Origin: Synechocystis sp. PCC 6803 substr. PCC-P | GTDB lineage: Bacteria > Cyanobacteriota > Cyanobacteriia > Cyanobacteriales > Microcystaceae | NCBI RefSeq assembly: GCF_000284455.1 | Contig: NC_017039.1 | Coordinates: forward strand, 3,030,001 to 3,062,000 | Direction of reading: 5' to 3' | DNA length: 32,000 nucleotides | Part shown: positions 16,730-25,044 of the stretch, piece by piece | How positions within the stretch are numbered: the stretch's first letter is position 1 | Layout: each line of letters begins with the position of its first letter | Program-made: the position numbers and the translations under genes | Notes under the pieces: model-generated | Seen by the model: the letters and a program-made list of their open reading frames with translations, nothing else | Told to the model about the DNA's origin: nothing | The model's database searches: none

Positions 16730-18094
16730 TTAAGAATGGACTATCGGTACAGAAAAAATGGGTAACTGGATGGTGAATAAACTTCCCTTACCCAATGCAC
16801 TCTCCACCGTTAAAGACCCCCTATGCTTAACGGTGATCACCTGGGCAATGGCGAGTCCCAACCCTGTCCCCCCCGTTTTGCGCGAACGATCTCGATTAAC
16901 TCGGTAAAAACGCTCAAAAATGTGTTCCTGTTGGTCGGGGGCAATGCCGATGCCGGTATCTTGCACGGTGATGATAGCCATCTGTTCATGGGATGTCAGG
17001 GTAATATCAACACGTCCCCCAGCAGTTGTGTATTGAATGGCGTTGGCAATTAGGTTTGAGACCAGTCGATAGAGTTGGGATTCATTACCCCAGGCGTAAA
17101 CTTCCCCTGAACTCAGATCACTGCTGAGATCAATGTGGGCGGCGATCGCTAATTCTAAAAACTCTTCGGTGAGGTCACTGACTAAATCATTTAAACAACA
17201 AAGCCGCCAATCTTCGGCGGTGGTTTCCTGCTCTAAGCGACTTAGTAGCAATAAATCCGTAATCAATTGGCTTAATCGCCTTCCCTGTCGTTCAACGGTA
17301 TGTAGCATGGTGTTAATTTCTGGGGAATGGCTTGAGTCGATGCGTAATACCGCTTCCACCGTGGCCAACAGACTAGCCAATGGCGATCGTAATTCATGGG
17401 CTGCATTCGCGGTGAATTGTTGTTGTTGTTGGTAGGACTGGTAAATGGGACGCATGGCTAACCCCGCTAAGCCCCAACTGGAGAAGGCGACCAAACCCAG
17501 GGCAATGGGAAAACTAAGCCCTAAAATCCAAAGAATACGTTTATTTTCGGCATCAAAGGCTGCCAGGCTCCGGCCAATTTGTAGATAGCCCCAGGAAGAT
17601 TTGTCTGTATTACCGGCGCTATGCAAAATGGTGGTGAATTGTCGATACCGATCGCCGGTTGGGGGGTGAATAGTCTGCCAAGTTTCCTGGTTAAAAATGG
17701 AGGATAGGGAAGCCGGTTGATTAGGCGAAAAAGCCAGCAGGTTGCCTTGATAATCAAATAAACGAATGTAATATAAACTGCGATCACTAATGCCCAACGT
17801 GTGACGTTCAATCAGGGTGGGGTTGACCTGGCAGGGTTGGTTGACCAAACACAGATCGGGCAACATTTTTTGTAATACTCCGGTGGGACTAGCATTACTC
17901 GGCAACATCGGCTCTAAACTGTCATGCAACGTCCCGGCGATCGACTCCACTTCTCGCTCCAACGCCATCCAGTTGGCCTGCACAATGGCACGATAAACCC
18001 CCAACCCCAACAGGGTAAGAATTCCCCCCATTACTAGGGCATACCAGAAAGCCAATTGCAGACGACTACGGGCAAAGAGGCGACGGGTATTCAT
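16730..18094 (-). CDS. nrsS: Nickel-sensing histidine kinase NrsS
   Basis: 454 aa with two TM segments flanking a ~150 aa periplasmic domain. H-box FTANAAHELRSPL, N-box LVSNLIANAIQYT, G-boxes VQDTGIGI and GGTGLGLAIA. Position and partners match the Synechocystis nrsRS-nrsBACD locus. Confidence 0.9.
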   Translation of the reverse strand: MNTRRLFARSRLQLAFWYALVMGGILTLLGLGVYRAIVQANWMALEREVESIAGTLHDSLEPMLPSNASPTGVLQKMLPDLCLVNQPCQVNPTLIERHTLGISDRSLYYIRLFDYQGNLLAFSPNQPASLSSIFNQETWQTIHPPTGDRYRQFTTILHSAGNTDKSSWGYLQIGRSLAAFDAENKRILWILGLSFPIALGLVAFSSWGLAGLAMRPIYQSYQQQQQFTANAAHELRSPLASLLATVEAVLRIDSSHSPEINTMLHTVERQGRRLSQLITDLLLLSRLEQETTAEDWRLCCLNDLVSDLTEEFLELAIAAHIDLSSDLSSGEVYAWGNESQLYRLVSNLIANAIQYTTAGGRVDITLTSHEQMAIITVQDTGIGIAPDQQEHIFERFYRVNRDRSRKTGGTGLGLAIAQVITVKHRGSLTVESALGKGSLFTIQLPIFSVPIVHS

Positions 18095-18795
18095 GGCGAT
18101 AGGGTGAACCGATAGCCTTGACCGGGAACTGTTTTAATTGGGCAAGGACAATTTTGTTGAGCTAGCTTGCGTCGTATCAAACGCATTTGGGCCGCCACCA
18201 CATTACTCATGGGCTCCTCATCAAGATCCCACAGTTGTTGCCGGATCTTGCTACCGGAAATGATCCGCTCTGGGTTTTGCATCAGATATTGAAAAATTTG
18301 AAATTCTCTTACGGTTAAAGCAATTTCCTGTCTTTCTAGGTTTAGTGGCTCCGAGATAGTTACCGATAACAGATTATTACTGGGATCAAGGCTGAAGTTG
18401 CCCAAAGTTAAAATTTGCGGTTGGAATTGTGGCGATCGCCGTTGTAGTGCCCGCAGTCTTGCTAATAGCTCTGCCATCACAAACGGTTTTGTTAGATAGT
18501 CATCTGCCCCGGCATCTAGTCCTTCGACACGGTTTTCCGGTTCTCCTAACGCTGTTAACATCAACACCGGCAAGGAATTACCCTGGGTTCTCAGTTTTTG
18601 ACAGAGTTCCAAACCCGATAATCCCGGCAGTAACCAATCCACAATGGCAAGGGTGTATTCCGTCCATTGATTTTCCAAATAATCCCAAGCTTGGGAGCCA
18701 TCCGTCACCCAATCCACCACATACTTTTCACTAACTAGCACTTTCTTAATAGCCATTCCCAAATCCGTCTCATCTTCCACCAGCAAAATTCGCAT
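18091..18795 (-). CDS. nrsR: OmpR-family response regulator NrsR
   Basis: 234 aa. MRILLVEDE, LAIVDWLLPGLSG, winged-helix C-terminus ...VPGQGYRF. ATGA overlap with nrsS at 18091-18094 suggests translational coupling. Confidence 0.9.
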   Translation of the reverse strand: MRILLVEDETDLGMAIKKVLVSEKYVVDWVTDGSQAWDYLENQWTEYTLAIVDWLLPGLSGLELCQKLRTQGNSLPVLMLTALGEPENRVEGLDAGADDYLTKPFVMAELLARLRALQRRSPQFQPQILTLGNFSLDPSNNLLSVTISEPLNLERQEIALTVREFQIFQYLMQNPERIISGSKIRQQLWDLDEEPMSNVVAAQMRLIRRKLAQQNCPCPIKTVPGQGYRFTLSP

Positions 18796-18843
18796 CGCCT
18801 CTGCCTTTTTTATAACGGTCTGATCTTAGCGGGGGAAGGAGAT

Positions 18844-18860
18844 TTTCACCTGAATTTCAT
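18844..18860. promoter_or_regulatory. Direct repeat TTTCAC-N5-TTTCAT in the nrsR/nrsB divergent intergenic region; candidate NrsR (OmpR-type) binding site
   Basis: Two TTTCA(C/T) hexamers at 18844-18849 and 18855-18860, 11 bp centre to centre (one helical turn), about 60 nt upstream of the nrsB start. Confidence 0.45.
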
Positions 18861-18916
18861 ACCCCCTTTGGCAGACTGGGAAAATCTTGGACAAATTCCC
18901 AATTTGAGGTGGTGTG

Positions 18917-19561
18917 ATGAAAACAATTCAATTAGCAAGTTCCTTTCTGGCACTGGGTTTGACCCTAGGAACTCCCAATCTCGTAACAGCCCATGTGGGT
19001 CACGGTGACGAGTTTCAAGCCGAGGGAGGCATTAATCGGGTTGCCGTGAATGCAGAAACCGATTCCATGTTGGGCATTGTGGTGGAGCCGATCGCCTCTG
19101 CGCCAGATGGTAGTGCGGGGGTTTATATTCCGGCGACGGCGTTGGTAGATGGGGGGGATAAACAATTAGTGTTTGTGCAGTATGGAGAATTTTATGAGCC
19201 GGTGCCGGTGAAAACGGGGGCAACCCAGGGGGAATTGATTGAAATTACCGAAGGGTTATCGGTGGGGGAAAAATTAGTTACCCAGGGTTCTTTATCCCTT
19301 TATGCTGAATCCCGCAAAACCCCAACGGCAGAGACGGAGACCAAAGAACCAGTTGTGGCTGAGGCTGCTGAAAATACGGCTCCTGCGGAGACGACAAGTA
19401 TGGCTCCCAATGAAACCCAAGCAAGTCCCCCCGTGGCGGCGGAACCAGGATTGCCCGTTTTACCGATCGCCTTGGGAGGACTAGGGGTCATTGGGGCCGG
19501 AATTTTGGGATTACGGGCGTTTAACTTGAGTCGCAAAGGCAAAAACTTTTTTGGCAAATAA
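18917..19561 (+). CDS. nrsB: NrsB, an unusually short CzcB-like periplasmic adaptor with a C-terminal membrane anchor
   Basis: 214 aa from the ATG at 18917. Signal peptide, then HVGHGDEF. Adaptor N-terminal strand-like INRVAVNAETDSMLGIVVEPI, followed directly by the membrane-proximal domain-like YIPATALVDGGDKQLVFVQ...VPVKTGATQGELIEITEGLSVGEKLVTQG. Pro/Ala/Glu/Thr-rich linker and TM helix LPVLPIALGGLGVIGAGILGL. Confidence 0.85.
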   Translation: MKTIQLASSFLALGLTLGTPNLVTAHVGHGDEFQAEGGINRVAVNAETDSMLGIVVEPIASAPDGSAGVYIPATALVDGGDKQLVFVQYGEFYEPVPVKTGATQGELIEITEGLSVGEKLVTQGSLSLYAESRKTPTAETETKEPVVAEAAENTAPAETTSMAPNETQASPPVAAEPGLPVLPIALGGLGVIGAGILGLRAFNLSRKGKNFFGK

Positions 19562-19599
19562 ATTTAACTTCCTGCTCTAGCCCTTGCCTTTATTGACCT

Positions 19600-22500
19600 A
19601 TGTTAAATACGCTTCTCAATCAAATTCTCAAAACCTCGATCGCCCAACGGTGGTTCATTGTTATTGCGGCCATTGGCATCACCCTTTGGGGGATTATCAG
19701 CGTGGGCCAAATGCCCCTGGATGTGTTTCCTGAATTTGCGCCGCCCCAGGTGGATATTCACACCGAAGCTCCTGGTCTGGCACCGGAAGAAGTGGAAACC
19801 CAAATTACCGTTCCCATTGAAAGTGCGGTGAATGGTTTACCGGGGGTGACAACGGTGCGCTCTTCTTCTAAGGTGGGCCTCTCCATGGTCAGCGTGGTCT
19901 TTGACCAGGATGCAGATGTCTATAAAGCCCGTCAAACAGTGACGGAACGCTTGCAACAGGTAACTAATCAACTACCGGAAGGTAGTCATCCCCCGGAAAT
20001 TTCGCCTCTGGTTTCTCCCTTGGGAACGATTGTGCAGTATGCCTTTACGATCAAGGATGGGGGCAGTTCCAACCTGATGGACTTACGACGATTATTAGAA
20101 ACCACCGTCGGTAACCAGCTCCTTTCTGTACCAGGGGTGTCCCAAGTCACCCTCTACGGGGGGGATGAGCGCCAGGAACAGGTTTTAGTTGATCCAGCCA
20201 AACTGCGTGCTCTCAAGGTTTCCCTCAATGAAGTTACCCAAGCCAGTGCAGAAGCGAATTCCAATGCCCCAGGGGGTTTCTTGATTGGCGGTGGCCAAGA
20301 GCTATTAGTACGGGGTCTGGGTCAAATGCAGTCCATTGAAGACCTACGGCGATCGGTGGTGAAAGTGGTGGACGGCAAACCAATTCTGTTGGAGGACGTT
20401 GCTGAAGTTAAAACCGGCAGTGCCCTGAAGCGGGGGGATGGGAGCTTTAACGGTCAACCGGCGATCGTCATGATGGTCAATAAACAGCCCGATGTGGATA
20501 CGCCCACAGTGACTAAAGCAGTAGAAGCAGTGGTTGAATCTCTAAAACCCACGTTTCCTGCCGATGTACAAATTGCCCAAACCTTTCGTCAAGCTAACTT
20601 TATTGATTCCGCCATTCGCAACGTCAGCACTTCCCTCTTAGAAGGGATTGTCATCGTTTCGGTGATTATGCTGATTTTTTTAATGAACTGGCGCACGGCG
20701 GCGATTACCCTAACAGCGATTCCCCTCTCCCTGCTAATTGGTTTGATGTTCATGAAAGCCTGGGGATTGGGCATTAATACCATGACCCTAGGGGGGCTAG
20801 TGGTGGCGATCGGCTCCGTGGTAGATGACTCCATTGTGGATATGGAAAATTGCTATCGGGGACTACGCACTAACCAGGCCGAGGGCAATCCCAAACATCC
20901 TTTGCGGGTAGTTTATGAAACCTCGGTGGAAGTCCGATTAGCAGTGATTTTTTCCACGGTGATCATCGTGGTGGTTTTCGCGCCCATTTTCAGCTTAACG
21001 GGGGTAGAAGGGCGTATTTTTGCCCCCATGGGTTTAGCCTATCTACTCTGTATCGGTGCTTCCACCCTAGTGGCCATGACCGTTTCCCCGGCTTTGTGTG
21101 GGATTCTCTTGGCTAACCAACGACTGCCCCAGGAAGGCACCTTTGTTTCCCGCTGGGCAGAGCGGTTATATCGTCCGTTGTTAAATTTTTCCCTCCGCGC
21201 TCCCCAAGTGATTTTGAGCATAGCCCTGATCGCTGTGATTGCCTCAGTCTCTTTGGTTCCTAGTCTAGGACGGGTTTTTCTACCAGAGTTTCGAGAAAAA
21301 TCCATGGTCAATTCCATGGTTCTTTTTCCAGGGGTTTCCCTCGACATGACCAATCGAGCGGGGATGGCCCTGTTTAATAACCTCAAGGATAATCCCCTCT
21401 ATGAATGGGTACAAATTCGGGCGGGTCGTGCGCCGGGGGATGCCGATGGAGCTGGGGTCAGCATGGCCCACGTTGATGTGGAATTGAGCGATGAAGCCCT
21501 CAAAGATCGGGAAGCTAGTGTTAAAGAATTACGGAAAGCCTTCAACCAATTGCCGGGGGTAGCTTCTAATATGGGGGGCTTTATTTCCCATCGGATGGAT
21601 GAGGTGTTATCAGGGGTCAGGAGTGCGATCGCCGTAAAAATCTTTGGCCCTGACTTAAAGGAACTACGGGCCATCGGAGAGCAGGTACAGGAAGCGATGA
21701 AAACTGTGCCAGGAATTGTTGACCTGCAACTCGAACCCCAACTTCCTATCCGCCAAGTGCAAATTCACTATGACCGTGCCGCCGCTGCCCAGTATGGGTT
21801 AAGGATGGCTGACATTTCTGCTGTTGTTGAAACTGCTTTAAATGGCCGGATTGTTTCCCAGGTTCCTGAAGATCAACAGTTAGTGAATGTGGTGGTGATG
21901 CTACCGGAAACTGAGCGGAATAGTCTTGATGCCATGGGGGCAATCCCCATTAGTACGCCCACCGGTCAAATGATTACCCTAGGGGACGTGGCTAAAATAG
22001 ACTACGGCATGGGAGCCAATGTGGTTAACCGCGAAGACGTTTCCCGTTTAATTGTGGTTTCCGCCAACGTCGCTGAGCGGGATTTGGGAAGCGTGGTGGA
22101 AGATGTCCAGGCTCAAATTAAGGAGAAAGTACAACTTCCCCAGGGCTATTTCATCGAATACGGCGGGCAATTTGAGTCCGAACAACGGGCAACCAATAGC
22201 TTACTGTTGTTTAGCTTCGTCGCCGCTTTAGTGATTGGGATATTGATGTTCTTTTCGGTGAAATCCCTCCCCGCTACCATCGCCATTATGATTAACCTCC
22301 CCTTAGCCCTAATTGGGGGGTTGTTATCCGTTGTTTTCACTGGCGGTGTCATTTCTATTGCCTCCCTAGTCGGTTTTATTACCCTGTTTGGGGTGGCTGT
22401 ACGGAACGGACTATTACTGGTGGATAACTACAACCAGAAATTCGCCCAGGGAATGAAACTAAAAGAAACAATCTTTAAGGGGTCTATGGAACGGGTCAAT

Positions 22501-22764
22501 GCCATTTTAATGACCGCTTTGACCTCAGCTTTAGGGATGTTACCGTTGGCAACGGCCAGCAGTGCCGGGAACGAAATTCTCCAACCCCTGGCGATCGTTG
22601 TTCTTGGTGGACTGTGTACTTCTACGGCTTTAACCTTATTGGTATTACCCGCTTTGTATGCCAAATTTGGTAAATGGTTAATGCCCAAACAGCCTACCAA
22701 TGGAGACCACATTGCTCCTTTTGTGCGTAACGATAGGGTCAGCACTCAAAAATCGCATTTTTAA
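19600..22764 (+). CDS. nrsA: NrsA, heavy-metal-efflux RND transporter (CzcA/CusA superfamily)
   Basis: 1054 aa with the 12-TM RND architecture and two large periplasmic loops. TM4 motif AIGSVVDDSIVDMEN (aa 403-417). Confidence 0.93.
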   Translation: MLNTLLNQILKTSIAQRWFIVIAAIGITLWGIISVGQMPLDVFPEFAPPQVDIHTEAPGLAPEEVETQITVPIESAVNGLPGVTTVRSSSKVGLSMVSVVFDQDADVYKARQTVTERLQQVTNQLPEGSHPPEISPLVSPLGTIVQYAFTIKDGGSSNLMDLRRLLETTVGNQLLSVPGVSQVTLYGGDERQEQVLVDPAKLRALKVSLNEVTQASAEANSNAPGGFLIGGGQELLVRGLGQMQSIEDLRRSVVKVVDGKPILLEDVAEVKTGSALKRGDGSFNGQPAIVMMVNKQPDVDTPTVTKAVEAVVESLKPTFPADVQIAQTFRQANFIDSAIRNVSTSLLEGIVIVSVIMLIFLMNWRTAAITLTAIPLSLLIGLMFMKAWGLGINTMTLGGLVVAIGSVVDDSIVDMENCYRGLRTNQAEGNPKHPLRVVYETSVEVRLAVIFSTVIIVVVFAPIFSLTGVEGRIFAPMGLAYLLCIGASTLVAMTVSPALCGILLANQRLPQEGTFVSRWAERLYRPLLNFSLRAPQVILSIALIAVIASVSLVPSLGRVFLPEFREKSMVNSMVLFPGVSLDMTNRAGMALFNNLKDNPLYEWVQIRAGRAPGDADGAGVSMAHVDVELSDEALKDREASVKELRKAFNQLPGVASNMGGFISHRMDEVLSGVRSAIAVKIFGPDLKELRAIGEQVQEAMKTVPGIVDLQLEPQLPIRQVQIHYDRAAAAQYGLRMADISAVVETALNGRIVSQVPEDQQLVNVVVMLPETERNSLDAMGAIPISTPTGQMITLGDVAKIDYGMGANVVNREDVSRLIVVSANVAERDLGSVVEDVQAQIKEKVQLPQGYFIEYGGQFESEQRATNSLLLFSFVAALVIGILMFFSVKSLPATIAIMINLPLALIGGLLSVVFTGGVISIASLVGFITLFGVAVRNGLLLVDNYNQKFAQGMKLKETIFKGSMERVNAILMTALTSALGMLPLATASSAGNEILQPLAIVVLGGLCTSTALTLLVLPALYAKFGKWLMPKQPTNGDHIAPFVRNDRVSTQKSHF

Positions 22765-22843
22765 ACGTGAATTATTATCTCTTCTGGCTGTATTAACAAC
22801 GGTGGGAGAGATTTTTTTACCACATTTTTTCTGGTTAATTTCC

Positions 22844-23527
22844 ATGACCATTACCCAAAACACAACTCGCCACTATCATCATCGTCGAAGGTCTCAACAA
22901 TCATCTTGGTCACGCCATTTTTTTCTGGCCACTTTATTATTTACTCTTTGCTTGGCAGCTTTTATTAGAAAGTCTCCTGAAACTGAAAACATCAATTCCT
23001 TTTTTGGCCATTTACCATCCCTAGCCATGGAAGGAGGAGATCCTTACATTAGAGCTTTAATGCGGACAATTTCAGCCAGTGAATCTAATGCTAAAAATCC
23101 CTACGTTTTACTCTATGGCGGTCAACATACCCATGATTTAAGTCGCCATCCCAATGCTTGTATTGCCATCAAAACAGATGTTAACCAAGGGCATTGCTCC
23201 ACAGCGGCAGGACGTTATCAATTTTTGACTAAGACTTGGCAGGAAAAAGCGGCTTTGTATCACCCTCAACGTCATTTGGGAAAATCACACTATAACTTTG
23301 AGCCTGAATTTCAGGATTTAGTAACCTATCGATGGTTGACCGATAAACACCACTGGGGCATGGACTTTTCCACCCAATTACAACAGGGAAATATCGAACA
23401 AGTGTTGAAAAAACTTTCTGGCACTTGGACAAGTTTGGGTTACGGCATTGAAGACAATAGAATGACCGCTTCTTTACCCAAAATTTATCAAAAACTATTA
23501 GCAGAAGAACTTGACCAAGCTAATTAA
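22844..23527 (+). CDS. nrsC: NrsC, a membrane-anchored lambda-R-like lytic transglycosylase / lysozyme-fold protein
   Basis: 227 aa from the ATG at 22844. His/Arg-rich N-terminus (HYHHRRR), one TM helix (FFLATLLFTLCLAAF), then IRALMRTISASESN...LLYGGQHTHDLSRHP...STAAGRYQFLTKTWQE, which resembles phage lambda endolysin R (GH104: ...E...GG..F.dyS.HP...STaAGrYQll.r.W). Confidence 0.8.
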   Translation: MTITQNTTRHYHHRRRSQQSSWSRHFFLATLLFTLCLAAFIRKSPETENINSFFGHLPSLAMEGGDPYIRALMRTISASESNAKNPYVLLYGGQHTHDLSRHPNACIAIKTDVNQGHCSTAAGRYQFLTKTWQEKAALYHPQRHLGKSHYNFEPEFQDLVTYRWLTDKHHWGMDFSTQLQQGNIEQVLKKLSGTWTSLGYGIEDNRMTASLPKIYQKLLAEELDQAN

Positions 23528-23641
23528 TATTCGATTCAGTACCAAGTACTATTGCGGGGACAGGACGTTTCTCAAGGCCCTCATCAATATCCCCCCTGGG
23601 GGCATAGAATAGAGATCAATTTTCTACCCCAAACCCCCACA

Positions 23642-24979
23642 ATGGGCAAACTACCGCCTATCTTTCACTGCTTGCGGAACCGTCTATTTGCTCAGCTATA
23701 CCTAGCCCAAGCCATTAGTTTGCTGGGGGATGCCCTGACCTGGGTAGGATTAGCACTTTTAGCTTTTGAATTGGCGGGTCAAGGGGCGGGGTTGATCCTG
23801 GCAGGGGCCTTAACCTTAAGGGTAACGGTGTTTGTCTTGCTGTCTCCCATTGCGGGGGCGATCGCCGACCGTTATGATCGCAAGCAAATGATGGTGATTA
23901 CCCATCTGGCACGGCTGGGGATTGTCTGTTTATTTCCTGGGGTGACCCAGGCCTGGCAAATCTACGGGCTGGTTCTGGGGCTGAATGTGTTTAACGCCTT
24001 TTTTACTCCGACCTATACCGCAACCATTCCCCTGGTGACGAAGGAGGATGAATATCCCCAGGCGATCGCCTTATCCAGTGCCACTTATCAACTTTTGGGG
24101 GTTTTGGGGCCAGGGTTGGCTGGGAGTCTTGCCGCTTGGGTGGGAACAAAAACAATCTTTTGGGGGGATGCTTTAACTTTTTTGATGGCCGCTGGTTTAA
24201 TTTTTACCTTGCCAGGAAAACTGTTAGCTAATTCAACCGCCCAGCCTGTCCGTAACTTGGCCCAAATTCGACGGGACATCGGCACAGGAACCCAATGTCT
24301 TTTCGGCGATCGCCTGATTCGTTATGCTCTAGCGATGCAGTTGGTGGTGTCCTTGGCCGGGGCAGGGATTTTAGTGAATACGGTGGGCTATGTCCAAGGC
24401 ATTTTAAACCTGGGTAAGCTGGAGTATGGTTGGCTAATGGCGGCGTTTGGGTTGGGAGCGACGGTGGCTTCCCTCGGTTTGGGCAACACTCAGCAACAGA
24501 GAAAACGAATCTATTTAACGACAATTGGGGCTGTAGTAATGAGTCTTGCGATTCTACCCGTCTCGATGGTCAATCTTCAGGGATTATTGCTCCTGTGGGC
24601 TGGGGCTGGTATCGGCCAAACCTTGGTTAATGTCCCCACCCAAACCCTGATTGCCGACCGCGTAGCCAAAGAGCTTCAAGGCCGAGTGTATGGTGCCAAT
24701 TTTGCCTGGAGTCATCTCTGGTGGGCGTTTTCCTATCCTCTGGCGGGATGGTTAGGCAGTCACTTTGCTCAAAATAGTTTTTTCTATCTGGGGATTTTAG
24801 CCCTCAGCTTATTTGCCCTGTTTTATCTGTTACGACCCTCCACTCCGATGGAACCAGGATTTTGGCACGAACATTCCCATCACCATGACTCCGAGCATAG
24901 TCATTTTCATCCTGCGACAACTGTGCTGAATTTTAGCCACAATCATCTTCATTTCCATTTTTATAAGGCGAGTCCTTAA
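23642..24979 (+). CDS. nrsD: NrsD, MFS nickel permease (NreB-like) with a His-rich C-terminal tail
   Basis: 445 aa from the ATG at 23642, about 12 TM segments. The tail FWHEHSHHHDSEHSHFHPATTVLNFSHNHLHFHF has 12 His in the last 39 aa. Confidence 0.88.
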   Translation: MGKLPPIFHCLRNRLFAQLYLAQAISLLGDALTWVGLALLAFELAGQGAGLILAGALTLRVTVFVLLSPIAGAIADRYDRKQMMVITHLARLGIVCLFPGVTQAWQIYGLVLGLNVFNAFFTPTYTATIPLVTKEDEYPQAIALSSATYQLLGVLGPGLAGSLAAWVGTKTIFWGDALTFLMAAGLIFTLPGKLLANSTAQPVRNLAQIRRDIGTGTQCLFGDRLIRYALAMQLVVSLAGAGILVNTVGYVQGILNLGKLEYGWLMAAFGLGATVASLGLGNTQQQRKRIYLTTIGAVVMSLAILPVSMVNLQGLLLLWAGAGIGQTLVNVPTQTLIADRVAKELQGRVYGANFAWSHLWWAFSYPLAGWLGSHFAQNSFFYLGILALSLFALFYLLRPSTPMEPGFWHEHSHHHDSEHSHFHPATTVLNFSHNHLHFHFYKASP

Positions 24980-25044
24980 ACTACCCGCTTAAAAACCATG
25001 CGTCCAAAACTTTCACCATCCTTTCCCTATCAACCTTTACTGCA

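Noticed and set aside
22777-22818. ATCTCT...AGAGAT plus a T7 run between nrsA and nrsC, considered as an intra-operon terminator or attenuator
   Set aside because: The stem is only 6 bp (mostly A/T) around a 24-nt loop, which is too weak for me to call a terminator without a folding energy calculation.
22700-22843. Longer nrsC start at 22700, overlapping the last 65 nt of nrsA
   Set aside because: The extension overlaps nrsA in another frame and adds only hydrophobic read-through sequence. The ATG at 22844 gives a sensible His-rich N-terminus plus a TM anchor. For the same reason I trimmed the alternative-start extensions at 2581, 12613, 18914, 23552 and 29176.
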